Positions 37,301 to 45,708 of a DNA stretch of 64,000 nt are shown in pieces; position 1 is the first letter of the stretch; the number at the start of each line of letters is the position of its first letter. The notes beneath the pieces were generated by a model. It saw only the letters and a program-made list of their open reading frames with translations. It ran no database searches and was not told where the DNA came from. Origin of the DNA: a virus; the IMG/VR virus record IMGVR_UViG_3300027741_000027, positions 32,001 to 96,000 of that record. One strand, written 5' to 3'. A program made the translations under genes and the position numbers.

Positions 37301-38696
37301 TTGCTTCTGGTTGATTATTTAAACCTAATTCTTGACCAAATTCACCAGAAAACATTTGATCAAAATTTTCATCGCTAATATTAAAGTTAGACTGCAACCA
37401 TTCTTTACCATACTCACCAAGATCTGGAGCCTTACCGCCATTGTTAGCCATAACGCCAATAAAATATGCAATAAGATCAGGAGTAATTCCGGCACTATTG
37501 GCCATAGGAATAGATTCGCACATGTGAAGAACTTTTTCTTCCTCTCCCTGTTCATTTTTAATTACAGGGAGCGTTTTTCCTTTTTGTTCTCCAATGGGAG
37601 AGGTCTGAATCATGCAGTCATCTCTGCACCAGTTAATAATCCGCGCTTCAATAACTTCAGCCGTCTTTTTCTTCATTTCGGGACTGACATAATGAATGAT
37701 CTCGCCCTGTTCATCTGCGGATCGAACAATTTTTCTATTGCGCCCATATGGAGTTGTATGATAAAACTGGTTTAGATGCTGCGGACTAAATTGTTGATCA
37801 AAAAACAGTGTTGATTGTCCTCCGGGACCTTCAATAGGAATTTCTCGCAATTCGTCTGGATCGGTATGCCATTGCCATTCCGGATTATTTTTAAATTGTT
37901 TTCTGTTCTGTTGTTTGTATCCCTGTTGGCGCGTTTTAAATCCATTTCCGGTAATGCCAACTTTAATTGCTACTGGAGAAGTAATAACATAAAGAATATG
38001 CGGACGGTCATCCATTGGAATTTTCTTTTGTGCCTTACCCCCAACAATTGTTTTTTGAAAATAATTCCAAACTAATTTTGGATCTGTATCAGGGTCAATG
38101 TATTCTATACGCTCGCTGGGGTCTTCAACTTCTTCTTTGTTGTATTTATGCATAGCCTCGTTATATTTTTCAATGCAACCTTCAAAGATATTTTTAAAAC
38201 GTTGATAATCTCCGTCATGAAGACTTTCATACAAACCGTTGCCCCAACCTTCAGGAAAAGCAGGTTGAAATCCGGTTTCATACATATCGGTATCTATCTC
38301 TTCAGCAATAAACATTACAAAGTTTGCTAGAGCTTTGTCTCTCCATCTTTTAACTCCCTTGGCAACGGGATTTTCCCATTCATAATCATCTTCAGAAGAA
38401 GAATGAGTAGATCCAGCCCTAATTCCAGCCTTATCATCCCTAAAAGGATCAAGAGGGAAGTTCTTAATAGGCTCTGATACACTATTGGGCCAATCACAAA
38501 GGGGGCAGCGACCATCAACAAGGTTGTTCTGATTGCAAGTTTTGCAAGGAGTGTCAGATTCCTTGCCCTTGCCTTCAGGGTATCCTCCGCCGGGGCGGGC
38601 TACATTTGGATAATGGTCGGGCTGAACAGCTTTGCCGGATGAATCATCTTCTCCCCAATCGGAGTCCGGCTTATGACTAAAATTCCAAAGGCTCAT
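34344..38696 (-). CDS. 1450-aa multidomain protein with two GIY-YIG/T5orf172-like domains and a C-terminal TNWETW-family domain
   Basis: LYVITSPVAIKVGIT..FKTR and YVYAFQSGSTIKVGIA..MVQR; N-terminal double CxxC; C-terminal GSTNWETWNTKVMIDNE...VDWPQI. Confidence 0.65.
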   Translation of the reverse strand: MSLWNFSHKPDSDWGEDDSSGKAVQPDHYPNVARPGGGYPEGKGKESDTPCKTCNQNNLVDGRCPLCDWPNSVSEPIKNFPLDPFRDDKAGIRAGSTHSSSEDDYEWENPVAKGVKRWRDKALANFVMFIAEEIDTDMYETGFQPAFPEGWGNGLYESLHDGDYQRFKNIFEGCIEKYNEAMHKYNKEEVEDPSERIEYIDPDTDPKLVWNYFQKTIVGGKAQKKIPMDDRPHILYVITSPVAIKVGITGNGFKTRQQGYKQQNRKQFKNNPEWQWHTDPDELREIPIEGPGGQSTLFFDQQFSPQHLNQFYHTTPYGRNRKIVRSADEQGEIIHYVSPEMKKKTAEVIEARIINWCRDDCMIQTSPIGEQKGKTLPVIKNEQGEEEKVLHMCESIPMANSAGITPDLIAYFIGVMANNGGKAPDLGEYGKEWLQSNFNISDENFDQMFSGEFGQELGLNNQPEASSVLEQGQIQNQEINPNQQTLWNFNELSQEYPQAYPEGYTQEDVDDQESAMKWYELNGRNDKAGIRAGSWKFITSANSNAKNIFFEKMSNISHGQNINDVKLLKNEDGSPYFNKDEIKYLENLYSLVTTKSVRQIISKYLENMRSQSNASFAPLSVKILSRVFAESLGLNENEFYILKTRFRQMHDNFSQGLKRARTKEEIKFMRENNVSQLVKEIVNADIKKHNGVLTLSRPQVEEQIRNVLKRRYQEMGINEQSSLYRTLTADLSKIKVRNEEKLKNPKLQKAYNERLPIIIKNLVEEEREAQGGSISNFDYDDFMAKLEQKIIEKFPNLPMTDSEKELLSQSGSRRSTILEQRFRSNLDDRDAMFTKRAVDFNDQYYVYAFQSGSTIKVGIANDMVQRIRDYRTDKFKQWSPVEVERIKEKLGPEQAERLLKKRKIERRFDVPKLENWSVIDAEMPSDETLLERGNTPYSEENPGETSFSWSIRNKFRKQKPPKLHRDYIKRPNTLKKDREKYERQKLVLSQNQNPFYVSKPVSGWVAKNTEAAIMSWWAGLDAAMAQGVQTSSETITLDPNNLPHKTQHEIANDISLDLVVFLIEKLIENGGHMNNLNMAFKEGDEERLLNFFDNDPNKMIKVLGMTADSEGKYSFGSEMGGALGIDNLLTGHELMEFDENENIIAPDLSDPEFAQEYEELFGRKQPLPTKRDVQFEQRKQDIFEKGLMDPNDAKNYWRRVDPAWENEPKPQVEIPQQQEQDYGLETGVPINTPVQIDNRIVMLDGEGKWWQSYNGQWLRIGKTADHQGSTNWETWNTKVMIDNEYNHYMQSREMVKNFTPLNEFAIWATQAVIAPHNKQALEDAQEWNDIPYDERPTGREHMSEGGQALTEGFDEIFGMDPRADETASIIDESKVDWPQIYNSIAEDIKESERFDHEEGKHDLLTQMYMTDFTAEELGNLQEETYPWCPICKIEHPDDPGDLTIPSDWTQ

Positions 38697-38714
38697 GTAA
38701 ATTAAGGGCGGGGA

Positions 38715-38743
38715 TTGAGACGTTCGATAGGATCTGCTAAACT
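38715..38743 (+). promoter_or_regulatory. Housekeeping-sigma promoter for the thyX operon
   Basis: TTGAGA-17 nt-TAAACT with TGC extension. Confidence 0.6.
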
Positions 38744-38771
38744 ACAATGACTGTTAACTAGAAAGGGCATT

Positions 38772-39038
38772 ATGTTCAGACGTTTTATTAATTATATCAA
38801 AAATCGTGGACTTTGTTTTACCTCAGCGTCTCCGTCTAACAAAGTACTTCTTGCAATTTGTTCCGACCTTGACGTTGCACGTATTACGACTCCATATGGC
38901 GACGACCTAATAGATGGCATTGATAATATCGTTGCCGGTCTTACAGCGGCTTACAAGAGCGCTCAGGACAAGGGTGATGATGTTGTAATGGCAGAGATTC
39001 ACAGCATTAAGCATGAGATTATGAAGCAGGCAGCATGA
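38772..39038 (+). CDS. Hypothetical protein
   Basis: 88 aa, ATGA overlap with thyX. Confidence 0.65.
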   Translation: MFRRFINYIKNRGLCFTSASPSNKVLLAICSDLDVARITTPYGDDLIDGIDNIVAGLTAAYKSAQDKGDDVVMAEIHSIKHEIMKQAA

Positions 39039-39709
39039 TCAAGGTATTTCCCCCGCACGGGTGGGTAGATCTAGAAATGCACAGTGGGTCAGACCTAAGT
39101 GTAGTTAATGCCGCCAAGGTATCATTTGCCAAGCAATCAGATGGATTTGGCGAGGACGAAAAGCGAGTGCTTAACTTCCTGCTTAGGGAAAAGCATGGCA
39201 GCCCATTTGAGCATAACTTCTTCAAGTTTCATGTACGCGCTCCCATCTTTGTTGTTCGTGAATGGCAAAGACATCGCATTGGATTTTCATACAATGAGGA
39301 GTCGGGGCGCTACAGCGAGCTAAGGCCAGATTTTTATGTGCCAGAGGAAGCTCGTATTCAGGAAGGTCGCCCCGGAGCATATGTATTTGAAGATGGCGAT
39401 GATGCGCAAACAGAGCAGATTCGTACCGCTGTAATGATGAACTCTAAAAACGCATTTAAATACTATGAGGATCTGCTAAACTCTGGCATTGCAAAAGAGC
39501 AAGCAAGGATTGTATTGCCGCTTAATACATATACAGAGTTTTACTTCAGTTGTAATGCAAGAAGTCTTATGAACTTCTTAGAGCTTCGTATGTCATCTCA
39601 TGCAATGTATGAGATTAGAAAATACGCTGAAGCGATTTATAAACTTTGGAAAGATGCTATGCCGCATACTGCGGAGGCATTTGAGACACATGGGTTTATT
39701 GCCCCCTAA
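39035..39709 (+). CDS. thyX: Flavin-dependent thymidylate synthase
   Basis: HGSPFEH and the signature RHRIGFSYNEESGRY (RHRX7SxR); EQARIVLP; HAMYEIR. Confidence 0.97.
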   Translation: MIKVFPPHGWVDLEMHSGSDLSVVNAAKVSFAKQSDGFGEDEKRVLNFLLREKHGSPFEHNFFKFHVRAPIFVVREWQRHRIGFSYNEESGRYSELRPDFYVPEEARIQEGRPGAYVFEDGDDAQTEQIRTAVMMNSKNAFKYYEDLLNSGIAKEQARIVLPLNTYTEFYFSCNARSLMNFLELRMSSHAMYEIRKYAEAIYKLWKDAMPHTAEAFETHGFIAP

Positions 39710-39722
39710 CAAAGGAGAACTA

Positions 39723-39989
39723 ATGGAAATTAAGAAGATTGATCGTTCTGAATTAGAAGGATTTGCAGAGCTTATAAAACCAGCAAGGCGCACAGAAAGT
39801 ATTTGCGCTTGCAGTGAAATTTTGTCTACGCCATCGGCTCAAGCAAAAATTCTTGACGCCCTTGCTCATAATGCACAAAGGCTTTCAAAACTTGGTGCAG
39901 AAACGCATGATGATTATTATGCCAATAACGCAGAAGAAAACAGGAAATTGTGGAAGGAACTTCGCATTGCATTTGGGCTAGATAATTAA
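39723..39989 (+). CDS. Hypothetical protein
   Basis: Start reassigned to ATG 39723 after AAGGAG. Confidence 0.65.
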   Translation: MEIKKIDRSELEGFAELIKPARRTESICACSEILSTPSAQAKILDALAHNAQRLSKLGAETHDDYYANNAEENRKLWKELRIAFGLDN

Positions 39990-40101
39990 AGCTATATTTT
40001 AACTGACTTAGCAAGGTTAATTTATACACATAGCGCATTGGAACAACCGTCCGGGGATTGCTCTGGCAGGCCAATGGCACAAAGAAAGTAAAAGGAAATA
40101 T

Positions 40102-41046
40102 ATGTCTTATCCATATAACGCTCTAGCCGTACTCGGTGGATTTGGTGTTACACTAAGCCAAACAACCATTGCTAAGGATACCGTAACAGTCACATCTGGT
40201 ATCTATGATGATCGTAATGTTCTAAGTGATGCATCGTATGTTTATGTTGCAGGTGCAGCCGTTTCAACAGCGGCGATTACTCTTGCAGCCACTGGTTACA
40301 AGCGTATCGACCTCGTTGTTTATGAAACATCAACAGCTAATACCAAGGGTTTCAAGGTTGTAACAGGTACTGCGGTTTTGGCCGCAGCCACCGCCGTTGC
40401 TCCACAGCCTACTAATACTCAGGTTGCCATTGCACAGATTCCTGTCACTGCCGCAGCTATTGGTAGTCCGATTGATGCACGTTGTTTCCCATCATACATT
40501 GCCGTTCGTGCGTTTAATCGCTCGCAGGCAGTTCGTATTGGTGGTCAGAAGGTTCTTACGGGAGCTAGTAGCTACATTGATACTGATGATCCAAAGGTTC
40601 GTAAAGAGCTTGCTTATCACTCATCGATTGGTGCGGTTTATACTACCGGACCCGTTTCAAACTCTGGTAATGGTGTTTCAGTAAGAAATAACACTGGCCT
40701 TAAGGTCACATTGACTTACTCCTCACCTAACTTCACTGCTGCTGTTGCCGCTGGTGAAATTTTTAACCGTGAGACCTCTACTATTACTACCGTTACAGGT
40801 GCAAATGCTACTACTACTGGCCTTGTTGCCGGAACAGGTAACCTTCGTGCCGACATTGTTTGGGTTGACAACTATGACGCTTCCGTTGGTGTAACAGCAG
40901 GAACTGCTGCTGCTACCGGAACTCAGGTTGTTCCATTCTCAAGCGTACCTGCTAATAAGACCCCGATTGCTGTTATTATTTACCCAGCAGCGGCTTCTGC
41001 TGCATCTGATGCGACTGTCATTGACATTCGTCCATTAAACAGCTAG
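40102..41046 (+). CDS. Putative virion structural protein with an internal duplication
   Basis: Two copies of V..G...T...RxDxV...VxxGT...P...xxIAxI flank a YIDTDDPKVRKELAYHSSIG segment; A/T/V-rich. Confidence 0.55.
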   Translation: MSYPYNALAVLGGFGVTLSQTTIAKDTVTVTSGIYDDRNVLSDASYVYVAGAAVSTAAITLAATGYKRIDLVVYETSTANTKGFKVVTGTAVLAAATAVAPQPTNTQVAIAQIPVTAAAIGSPIDARCFPSYIAVRAFNRSQAVRIGGQKVLTGASSYIDTDDPKVRKELAYHSSIGAVYTTGPVSNSGNGVSVRNNTGLKVTLTYSSPNFTAAVAAGEIFNRETSTITTVTGANATTTGLVAGTGNLRADIVWVDNYDASVGVTAGTAAATGTQVVPFSSVPANKTPIAVIIYPAAASAASDATVIDIRPLNS

Positions 41047-41065
41047 CAGTTAGCATTAACTAATG

Positions 41066-41092
41066 ATAAGGGCCGCTATATGCGGCCCTTAT
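41066..41092. terminator. Bidirectional terminator
   Basis: ATAAGGGCCGC-TATAT-GCGGCCCTTAT between convergent genes. Confidence 0.8.
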
Positions 41093-41242
41093 TTATTTTT
41101 GCTTAATATGCCAAGCCTTGCATTTGCGGCATTTGAAAAAATCCCATCTGCCAATATGATTAAATGCTTCATAAGCGGCAGCATAAGCGGACGCATATTT
41201 AATTCCGCACTTGCGGCCTTTAAATGCTTGGATGATGCCCAT
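41093..41242 (-). CDS. Small zinc-finger-like protein (49 aa, below cutoff)
   Basis: Hand translation MGIIQAFKGRKCGIKYASAYAAAYEAFNHIGRWDFFKCRKCKAWHIKQK. Confidence 0.5.
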   Translation of the reverse strand: MGIIQAFKGRKCGIKYASAYAAAYEAFNHIGRWDFFKCRKCKAWHIKQK

Positions 41243-43163
41243 TTTTAAATGACCAGCCTGCGCCCATATCTTCTACAAGAGTAAGGGGAACTGGGCGATT
41301 GCCTGTGCTTCTTTGAACAATCTGCGCCCAATCTCCGGGTTCAGGTGGGCGCTGGCCGCCCGCTGCACGAATAGCAACTAACCATTTTCCATCTGGGCCT
41401 TTAACAAATCCGCCAGAGGTATAAACTTCCCTACCCTCTTGGCCCTCTGGGACTTGAACTGGCTCAGGCTCAGGTACAGCATTGTACTGCTTAAAGTTCC
41501 AAATGTTCTTTGTATCAGAGGCTCGATCTGTAAGAATAACTTTAGATGGGTAGTTTCTATCTCTTGTCACGGTTACCATGTCGCCCGATTGAGGTGGCGT
41601 TTGTCCCTCTTGTAATTCAACAAGGACTGCCCAAACTGGACGAGACCATCCTGTAAGGCTCATAAACCTACCAGTATACTCTTCGCCATTAGCGCCAATG
41701 CGAGGATCTAAACCTTCATCTGGACCAAGCGGTTTTTCTACGGGGTGTTTTACAGTTGGAGCATTAAAAGCATTTTCAAGATTTGCTTGTGATGATGAAT
41801 CGGGTTTGATAGATGTGACCTTTTTAATAAAATTGAGAATGTCTAACACAATAGGTTGCATAATTTCTGTTAATTGTGTTAACATTTGTTGAAGTTGCTC
41901 TTGGCTCATTTTGCCCGCTTCCGCCATTATTTCGGACGGGTTCATACCAATAGCCCCATCAAATATTTTAGAGCGCTCTAACATGGTGTACACGGTCTCC
42001 GATGCAAAAAGCGAATTAAATAATTGAAACAAGTTGGTCGTTGAAAGCGATACAAATGCGTTACACGCTTGAATCATTTGACTATATTCCGATCCAGAAA
42101 ATCTAAAAACTGGATTGCCCTGTTCGTCCCTTGATACAATATTAGAATTTAAAAACTCTTCGGGTAGTAATTCATAAGCCTCTGCCCATTGAAAGAAGAT
42201 ATCGGCGGAATTTAATTCATTTCCATTTTTATCAATTGGGATAGTATAATATTGGTTATCTAATGATTCAGCGCCAGTATGAGGCCCAAGTGGATGCTCT
42301 ACGGCAGGCATATTAAATTGTTTTTCAAGCATATTTATTTGACCAGCAGGGGTAGCGGGAGGAATTGAGTGAGGGATGTCATCCCATTCATCTTCATCTT
42401 CATCATCAATATCAGGACCGTAACCAGTATCCGCCCAAGCGGAATTGCACTGATTGCAGCGCCAGTCGCCATCATTGTCAAGGCTAAGCCACCCATCGCA
42501 AGCAGGGCAGCGCCACTGACGAAAACCTGATGGAAGTTCCATATCTGGGGCAGGATTTTCTTCATATTGCCAGCCTTCAAAAAGAGAAGGGCGAGATTCA
42601 CCTTCAGGATTATATTCAGGGGCTTCAGATAGCTCTGGCACTTCGCCAAATATATCTTCGGCCTGACTGCCCATTGGGTTCTCGCCCTCTGCAAGGCCCT
42701 CTGGATTCTTTTCCATAGTAGGAATGTTTTCAAGATCAGCCATAGAGCTTGGCTCTGGCGTAGCTTCAAACATAGCATCTCCTGCAATTGCCATATCATC
42801 TAGGCCCGATCCGCTCTCATCAACAATAGACCCCCATTGATTAATAAATTCAGTTTCGCCAAGCTCTTCATAAAGATCCCAAGTTTGATTATAAGCGTTA
42901 ATGAGCGTATCAAGCTCTTCTGCATTTAATCTAATTGTATTATCATCGCTAGAAATAGCATTAGCAATGTAATCTGTTAAAGGATTAAGCTTCTCTTGAT
43001 CAACGCCTAGCAGAATAGAAGCAAACTGGATAATGGACAAAAGACCCATAAGCCCTTCGCGGTTTTTAAAATTAATAGTGTAGTAAGTGTTCTCTTTCTC
43101 ACTATCTGCCTTTTTGCGAATAGGCTCATCATCGGAGCCGTCAAATAAAGAAAAGTGTCGCAT
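41220..43163 (-). CDS. Large acidic multidomain protein with a zinc ribbon and two small beta-barrel modules
   Basis: 647 aa; CPAC...CNQC; repeats LEKQFNMPAVEHPLGP and LENAFNAPTVKHPVEKPLGP. Confidence 0.7.
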   Translation of the reverse strand: MRHFSLFDGSDDEPIRKKADSEKENTYYTINFKNREGLMGLLSIIQFASILLGVDQEKLNPLTDYIANAISSDDNTIRLNAEELDTLINAYNQTWDLYEELGETEFINQWGSIVDESGSGLDDMAIAGDAMFEATPEPSSMADLENIPTMEKNPEGLAEGENPMGSQAEDIFGEVPELSEAPEYNPEGESRPSLFEGWQYEENPAPDMELPSGFRQWRCPACDGWLSLDNDGDWRCNQCNSAWADTGYGPDIDDEDEDEWDDIPHSIPPATPAGQINMLEKQFNMPAVEHPLGPHTGAESLDNQYYTIPIDKNGNELNSADIFFQWAEAYELLPEEFLNSNIVSRDEQGNPVFRFSGSEYSQMIQACNAFVSLSTTNLFQLFNSLFASETVYTMLERSKIFDGAIGMNPSEIMAEAGKMSQEQLQQMLTQLTEIMQPIVLDILNFIKKVTSIKPDSSSQANLENAFNAPTVKHPVEKPLGPDEGLDPRIGANGEEYTGRFMSLTGWSRPVWAVLVELQEGQTPPQSGDMVTVTRDRNYPSKVILTDRASDTKNIWNFKQYNAVPEPEPVQVPEGQEGREVYTSGGFVKGPDGKWLVAIRAAGGQRPPEPGDWAQIVQRSTGNRPVPLTLVEDMGAGWSFKNGHHPSI

Positions 43164-44077
43164 TAGTATTCAGGCATTGTTGGAATATCATCCAGCCCTG
43201 ATCCGGCTGCATCATATTCTGCTGTTTTAAGTGCTTCTAAAGCCTCTAGGATTTGAGCGCCCTGAGGATTGCTTTCCCCAACTTGATTTAGGAAAACCCT
43301 TAAAGCGCCGGTAATGTTAGAAAGCTGCTCTCCGGTAAGTCTAAGAGTGTAATAAGAGCTTCCAAGGTTATCATTAGACTGATGGTGCCAGCCAAGATGC
43401 TCATCAGGAATACTGGAGCGATCAATTGACACAGCGTTCTCGCTATAAGCCATGTGCTTATTTGCGGAAATAGAAGCCTCAATGATCTCTTGAACCTGAT
43501 TCATGATCTCTTGATGCGGAACGCCTGCGTCTCGCATATGCTTAATTAGCTCGCGCAGTTTATTGTTTAGCTCAGGCTTGACGCTAGCGTAATCTTCGTC
43601 AGTGAACTCTTCGTTGCCAAAATTGCTCTTTTTAAGTCGTTTATCCATAGCTTCCTCTATATCCTTAATGCTTGGAGCCACTTCACTCTCAGGTACCCCT
43701 CCGGCAATCATTTGCTCTCTAAGAACATCATTAAGGGTTTTATCAAGTTTATAGCTCATACTAGTTAACCTTTCGGATTCGCCTGAATTACTGTCGGCTA
43801 CAGGCTCAAAAGTCCACCAAGAATAAAGTTCGTCCCTGCCAGCAGGATCGGCGGGCAGCATAGGAGGATAAATTCTTTCAAGAACACGAAAAGAATGATC
43901 TTCGCCCTTTACAGGGACAATAACCTCTTCGCCCGGATCAGGAAACCTACTATTGCCATTTCTAGGATTAATGCCGATTTGAACGAGCCAAGTGCCATCG
44001 GGCTGCTTGCTAAATCCTCCAAGCAGCCTTTGGTCTCTAAATCGGTCAAAAGGTGTTTTCCATTCAATTTTAGCCAT
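43163..44077 (-). CDS. Multidomain hypothetical protein (leaderless)
   Basis: 304 aa; TGG-TATAAT exactly 6 nt before the ATG. Confidence 0.7.
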   Translation of the reverse strand: MAKIEWKTPFDRFRDQRLLGGFSKQPDGTWLVQIGINPRNGNSRFPDPGEEVIVPVKGEDHSFRVLERIYPPMLPADPAGRDELYSWWTFEPVADSNSGESERLTSMSYKLDKTLNDVLREQMIAGGVPESEVAPSIKDIEEAMDKRLKKSNFGNEEFTDEDYASVKPELNNKLRELIKHMRDAGVPHQEIMNQVQEIIEASISANKHMAYSENAVSIDRSSIPDEHLGWHHQSNDNLGSSYYTLRLTGEQLSNITGALRVFLNQVGESNPQGAQILEALEALKTAEYDAAGSGLDDIPTMPEY

Positions 44078-44204
44078 CTAGGTATTATACCAATGCTTTT
44101 TAGAAAAAACCAACCCTCTCGCGCAAACTCAAGCGATTTCAGTTTTGATTATTGCGTATTTAATAATTAGTTACAAATGGTGATTGTTATGCTATACTCA
44201 AAGG

Positions 44205-44450
44205 ATGAATAAAACACTAAAGCAAGATTCCGGAGCTAGGTTTGTCCGAAGGCAAGGCAAATGGTTCATTGAGATTCCATTTGAGCCGAAGGGGTGGCAT
44301 CCAGTTGCGAATCGAACAATATATGTCCGAAGGAAAGACCGAAAGCATGTCGGGGTAATTCTGAAGGAAAAGGTAGATCAGACAGAATACGGCAACATAT
44401 GGAGCTTTAAGAAGGGATACAATGGCATAGGCGTCATCAGAGGCCCGTAG
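44205..44450 (+). CDS. Small beta-barrel (SH3/KOW-like) protein (leaderless)
   Basis: TGC-TATACT (44193-44198) 6 nt before ATG 44205; paralogous to modules in the two neighbouring genes. Confidence 0.65.
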   Translation: MNKTLKQDSGARFVRRQGKWFIEIPFEPKGWHPVANRTIYVRRKDRKHVGVILKEKVDQTEYGNIWSFKKGYNGIGVIRGP

Positions 44451-44497
44451 AAGCCAATCTAAAAAGCCTGCTCCGCAGGCGGGCAAGATTGGGCGAA

Positions 44498-44608
44498 TTA
44501 GGGCTTGTGTTTTTTAGAAGCGCCTTTATCGCGCAGAGACTGCTTGTACTTCTTGAATTTAGCTTCATACGATGCTTTTTTATTATTATTTTCTTTTTTC
44601 TTTTCCAT
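44498..44608 (-). CDS. Very small basic protein (36 aa)
   Basis: MEKKKENNNKKASYEAKFKKYKQSLRDKGASKKHKP, followed by a hairpin at 44454-44491. Confidence 0.4.
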   Translation of the reverse strand: MEKKKENNNKKASYEAKFKKYKQSLRDKGASKKHKP

Positions 44609-44948
44609 ATTATTTATAGTACCGGAAAAGGGACCCATTATATTTTAGGTACCAAAAGGGGACCCGCAACAACAGTAACTTGCAACACGCAAACACCCTA
44701 TAGGAAAAAATTATATTATTTTTTCAAAAGTTTACGATTGCCTAGCAAGGCAAAAGGGGACCCATTACTTTCTGTCGAAAGTAAGCCCGTAAGCAAAATC
44801 CCCCGCCTAGGGGGATAAAAAGAAGACTGCGGGTTACCCTATCCCCAGCTACAATAGGGACTCCTAAAGATCCTCAGGCTTTACCATACCTTTACTATTG
44901 GTATGATAGTGGGGGCGGGGCTGCTATGCCCCACCCTTTACCATCTCT

Positions 44949-45221
44949 TTACTTGCGGTCTACGTTCACGCTCAGGTCGAACGCTGCGTTAATCATGTTG
45001 ATGGCCTCACGCAGCATGTCGTCTACTGCGTCTACTGCATCTCTGCGTTGGTCGTGCTGGATAGTGATAGGGTGCCACTCATTCTTCTCTGTGTCCTTGA
45101 TGTAGTCTGTCTCGTCAAGGCTATGAACCAACGCCCATGTTTCCTGCTGTGCATCATGCACCATATCTAGGATGTTGTTGAGGCATGTTGTTGGGTCGTG
45201 GATGATCTTGGTCTTTGGCAT
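44949..45221 (-). CDS. Hypothetical protein
   Basis: Start reassigned to ATG 45221 (GAGAGGA SD) downstream of the boxed promoter. Confidence 0.65.
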   Translation of the reverse strand: MPKTKIIHDPTTCLNNILDMVHDAQQETWALVHSLDETDYIKDTEKNEWHPITIQHDQRRDAVDAVDDMLREAINMINAAFDLSVNVDRK

Positions 45222-45252
45222 TTGGCCGTTCCTCTCATTGGTTGATGGAATC

Positions 45253-45285
45253 ATCTTAGCAGGTGCTAGGTAAAGTAAAGGTAAA
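45253..45285 (-). promoter_or_regulatory. TTTAC-box promoter
   Basis: TTTACC-N5-TTTACC-N10-TAAGAT with TG extension. Confidence 0.7.
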
Positions 45286-45288
45286 GCT

Positions 45289-45528
45289 TTATGATCCCCA
45301 ACCGCGAGCCTGACCATACGGATCATTGACTTCACGGTATAGGCGCTGTTCTGCCTGCTCCTGAGCGTCTGCGGCGGCGGCGGCAGGGTCAGCGGCCTGT
45401 AGTGCTTCCTTTTTTGCCTGAGCGTCTCTAAGACGCTTTAGGGCTTCATCGTATGCCTGTTGATCCTGTGCGCGTCTCATATCGAACGCTGCATCAGTCA
45501 TCAGGTTTCTATAATCATTGATTGTCAT
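45289..45528 (-). CDS. Hypothetical protein (leaderless)
   Basis: 79 aa; ATG 6 nt after the -10 box. Confidence 0.7.
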   Translation of the reverse strand: MTINDYRNLMTDAAFDMRRAQDQQAYDEALKRLRDAQAKKEALQAADPAAAAADAQEQAEQRLYREVNDPYGQARGWGS

Positions 45529-45534
45529 GGATTC

Positions 45535-45567
45535 ATCCTAGCAGGTCGAAGGTAAAGGAAAGGCAAA
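45535..45567 (-). promoter_or_regulatory. TTTAC-box promoter
   Basis: TTTGCC-N5-TTTACC-N10-TAGGAT with TG extension. Confidence 0.7.
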
Positions 45568-45623
45568 ACATCTGTTGCATGTTGTGCAACACGATCCATC
45601 TGGTCCTTCCCGCCCACCCTGTA

Positions 45624-45667
45624 AGTGTATCGCCATCCGGCGGCGGCAAGAGTAAAGATATGGCAAA
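45624..45667 (-). promoter_or_regulatory. TTTAC-box promoter before a G-rich non-coding stretch
   Basis: TTTGCC-N5-TTTACT-N21-TACACT. Confidence 0.5.
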
Positions 45668-45708
45668 AGATTGGAGGGGGCGATTGGCACCCCCTCCGCT
45701 CTTGCTTG

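Noticed and set aside
34344-38696. Inteins explaining the nuclease inserts (also checked in the protease and the 1842-aa protein)
   Set aside because: No C/S-start Hint block or HN-C/S/T junction was seen, and the nucleases are GIY-YIG-like rather than LAGLIDADG.
39035-39709. Intron or homing endonuclease in thyX
   Set aside because: The gene is continuous, of normal length and has all motifs.
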